Shown here: in pieces, positions 53,273-54,081 of the stretch
Numbering within the stretch: position 1 is the first letter of the stretch
Layout of the letters: the number at the start of each line of letters is the position of its first letter
Assembly: GCA_016931155.1 (NCBI GenBank)
Contig: JAFGFJ010000003.1
Span: 1 to 54,081 of the forward strand
DNA length: 54,081 nt
Reading direction: 5' to 3'
Source of the DNA: Candidatus Dojkabacteria bacterium
GTDB lineage: Bacteria > Patescibacteriota > Dojkabacteria > B142 > JAFGFJ01
Translations under genes and position numbers: made by a program
The notes under the pieces: generated by a model
What the model was told of the DNA's origin: nothing
What the model saw: the letters and a program-made list of their open reading frames with translations, nothing else
The model's database searches: none

Positions 53273-53815
53273 ATGATCAGGGTAATCACAGGAAGCGCAA
53301 AAGGAAAACTGCTCAGGGTTCCAGCAGGCACAAGACCGCTCACTGACAGAATAAAAACTTCACTTTTCGATTCAATAAAGGATTTTATCCCGGGCGCCAA
53401 TATTCTTGACCTTTTTGCTGGAAGCGGTGCTTTCGGAATCGAGTCACTCTCCAGAGGAGCGAAATACGCCGAATTTGTAGAAATTGAATATGAAGCGGTA
53501 AAAATTCTGAAAGAAAATCTTAAAAATACCAAGTTTTCAGAAAAGTCGAAAGTAATAAAAATGAATGTAATGAGCTATCTAAAGACGACAGAGCAAAAGA
53601 ATTTTTTTGATTTAATATTTTTTGATCCGCCGTTTGCAAAGGTATATAAAGCAGACCTTTCTTTAATTCAATATCTTCTTGTAAAAAAGGGGATAGTAGT
53701 ATTCCACCATCCAAAAAACTACCGTTCACCGGAGGAAATCGGTAAGCTTATAAAAATTGCACAGAAAGATTACGGTGAAAACATAATTTCCGTGTACAAC
53801 CTCTTAGTAAATTGA
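53273..53815 (+). CDS. rsmD: 16S rRNA (guanine966-N2)-methyltransferase
   Basis: 180 aa. MIRVITGSAKGKLLRVPAGTRPLTDRIKTSLFDSI, LDLFAGSGAFGIESLSRGA, FFDPPF. Confidence 0.9.
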   Translation: MIRVITGSAKGKLLRVPAGTRPLTDRIKTSLFDSIKDFIPGANILDLFAGSGAFGIESLSRGAKYAEFVEIEYEAVKILKENLKNTKFSEKSKVIKMNVMSYLKTTEQKNFFDLIFFDPPFAKVYKADLSLIQYLLVKKGIVVFHHPKNYRSPEEIGKLIKIAQKDYGENIISVYNLLVN

Positions 53816-53880
53816 TATAGATCACAGTGAAATAAAGAATTAACAAAAGAGTAGAATTTCCATAAACAACCTATATAAAG

Positions 53881-53960
53881 GTCGATGGAGGTCTATGGAG
53901 GTCGATGGAAATCTAACAAAAATCGATATATATCGATGCAGATTGATAAAAATCGATGCA
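53881..53960. repeat. Array of TCGAT-type motifs phased at ~10 bp, including three tandem 10-mers and a 16-bp palindrome
   Basis: GTCGATGGAG / GTCTATGGAG / GTCGATGGAA at 53881-53910. TCGAT or one-off variants start at 53882, 53892, 53902, 53912, 53923, 53933, 53943 and 53953. ATCGATATATATCGAT is at 53922-53937. Confidence 0.8.
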
Positions 53961-53994
53961 GGATAATGACCCCCACAAATTCATCATTACTTAT

Positions 53995-54081
53995 TTAATC
54001 ATCCTGAGTTTTTTGTTTGTGATCAGAGAGAAGATGGACAATATCGATCTCAAACAAATCTGCCACTTCCAACTGAGTCAA
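53995..54081 (-). CDS. Possible 3' end of a gene entering from the right edge
   Basis: The frame is open from the window edge: LTQLEVADLFEIDIVHLLSDHKQKTQDD*. The stop is at 53995-53997. Only 28 codons are visible. Confidence 0.3.
   Translation of the reverse strand: MTQLEVADLFEIDIVHLLSDHKQKTQDD

Noticed and set aside
1-54081. Alternative genetic code (UGA as sense, as in some candidate phyla)
   Set aside because: Conserved genes are intact under the standard code, and several end in TGA (for example thrS and the XRE frame). No housekeeping gene is split at TGA.

Overview
AT-rich bacterial chromosomal window read with the standard code: TGA, TAA and TAG all terminate well-supported genes, so there is no UGA recoding. 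About 45 protein genes and two tRNAs are present. There is no rRNA, CRISPR array, intact transposase or phage module.

The backbone is housekeeping: class A PBP, pyrG, alaS, murB, mutL, clpP, thrS-infC-rpmI-rplT, pheS-pheT, tyrS, recG, uppP, rsmD and a SpoU-type methyltransferase. Several features suggest a reduced-genome, Patescibacteria/CPR-like organism, but this is inference, not a database result:
- short AlaRS (683 aa)
- ThrRS that begins at the editing domain, with no TGS region visible
- low-complexity insertions inside MurB and RecG
- many lineage-specific hypothetical proteins and large surface proteins

Observations most worth a second look:
1. A ~5 kb antisense cassette of two paralogous FN3-type surface proteins splits the normally contiguous thrS-infC-rpmI-rplT / pheST cluster. 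One protein has an LPDTA sortase-type sorting signal. The other has a ~370-residue cysteine-dense core of unrecognised architecture.
2. A protein with motif-level resemblance to LuxI/FeeM-type N-acyl synthases sits next to an orphan multi-pass GAF histidine kinase. Both lie behind a 730-bp ORF-free region packed with palindromes.
3. A free-standing unit of consensus promoter, hairpin and terminator (~90 nt sRNA candidate) lies in the DUF192/clpP gap.
4. A T-box-like attenuator lies in front of thrS.
5. An array of TCGAT-type motifs phased at 10 bp lies at the right edge.
6. Two overlapping pairs of unknown genes and one unknown singleton sit around alaS/murB; one member of the first pair and the singleton share a conserved KVNL(L/I)NYG N-terminal motif.

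All functional calls rest on motifs read by eye. No searches or folding computations were run.
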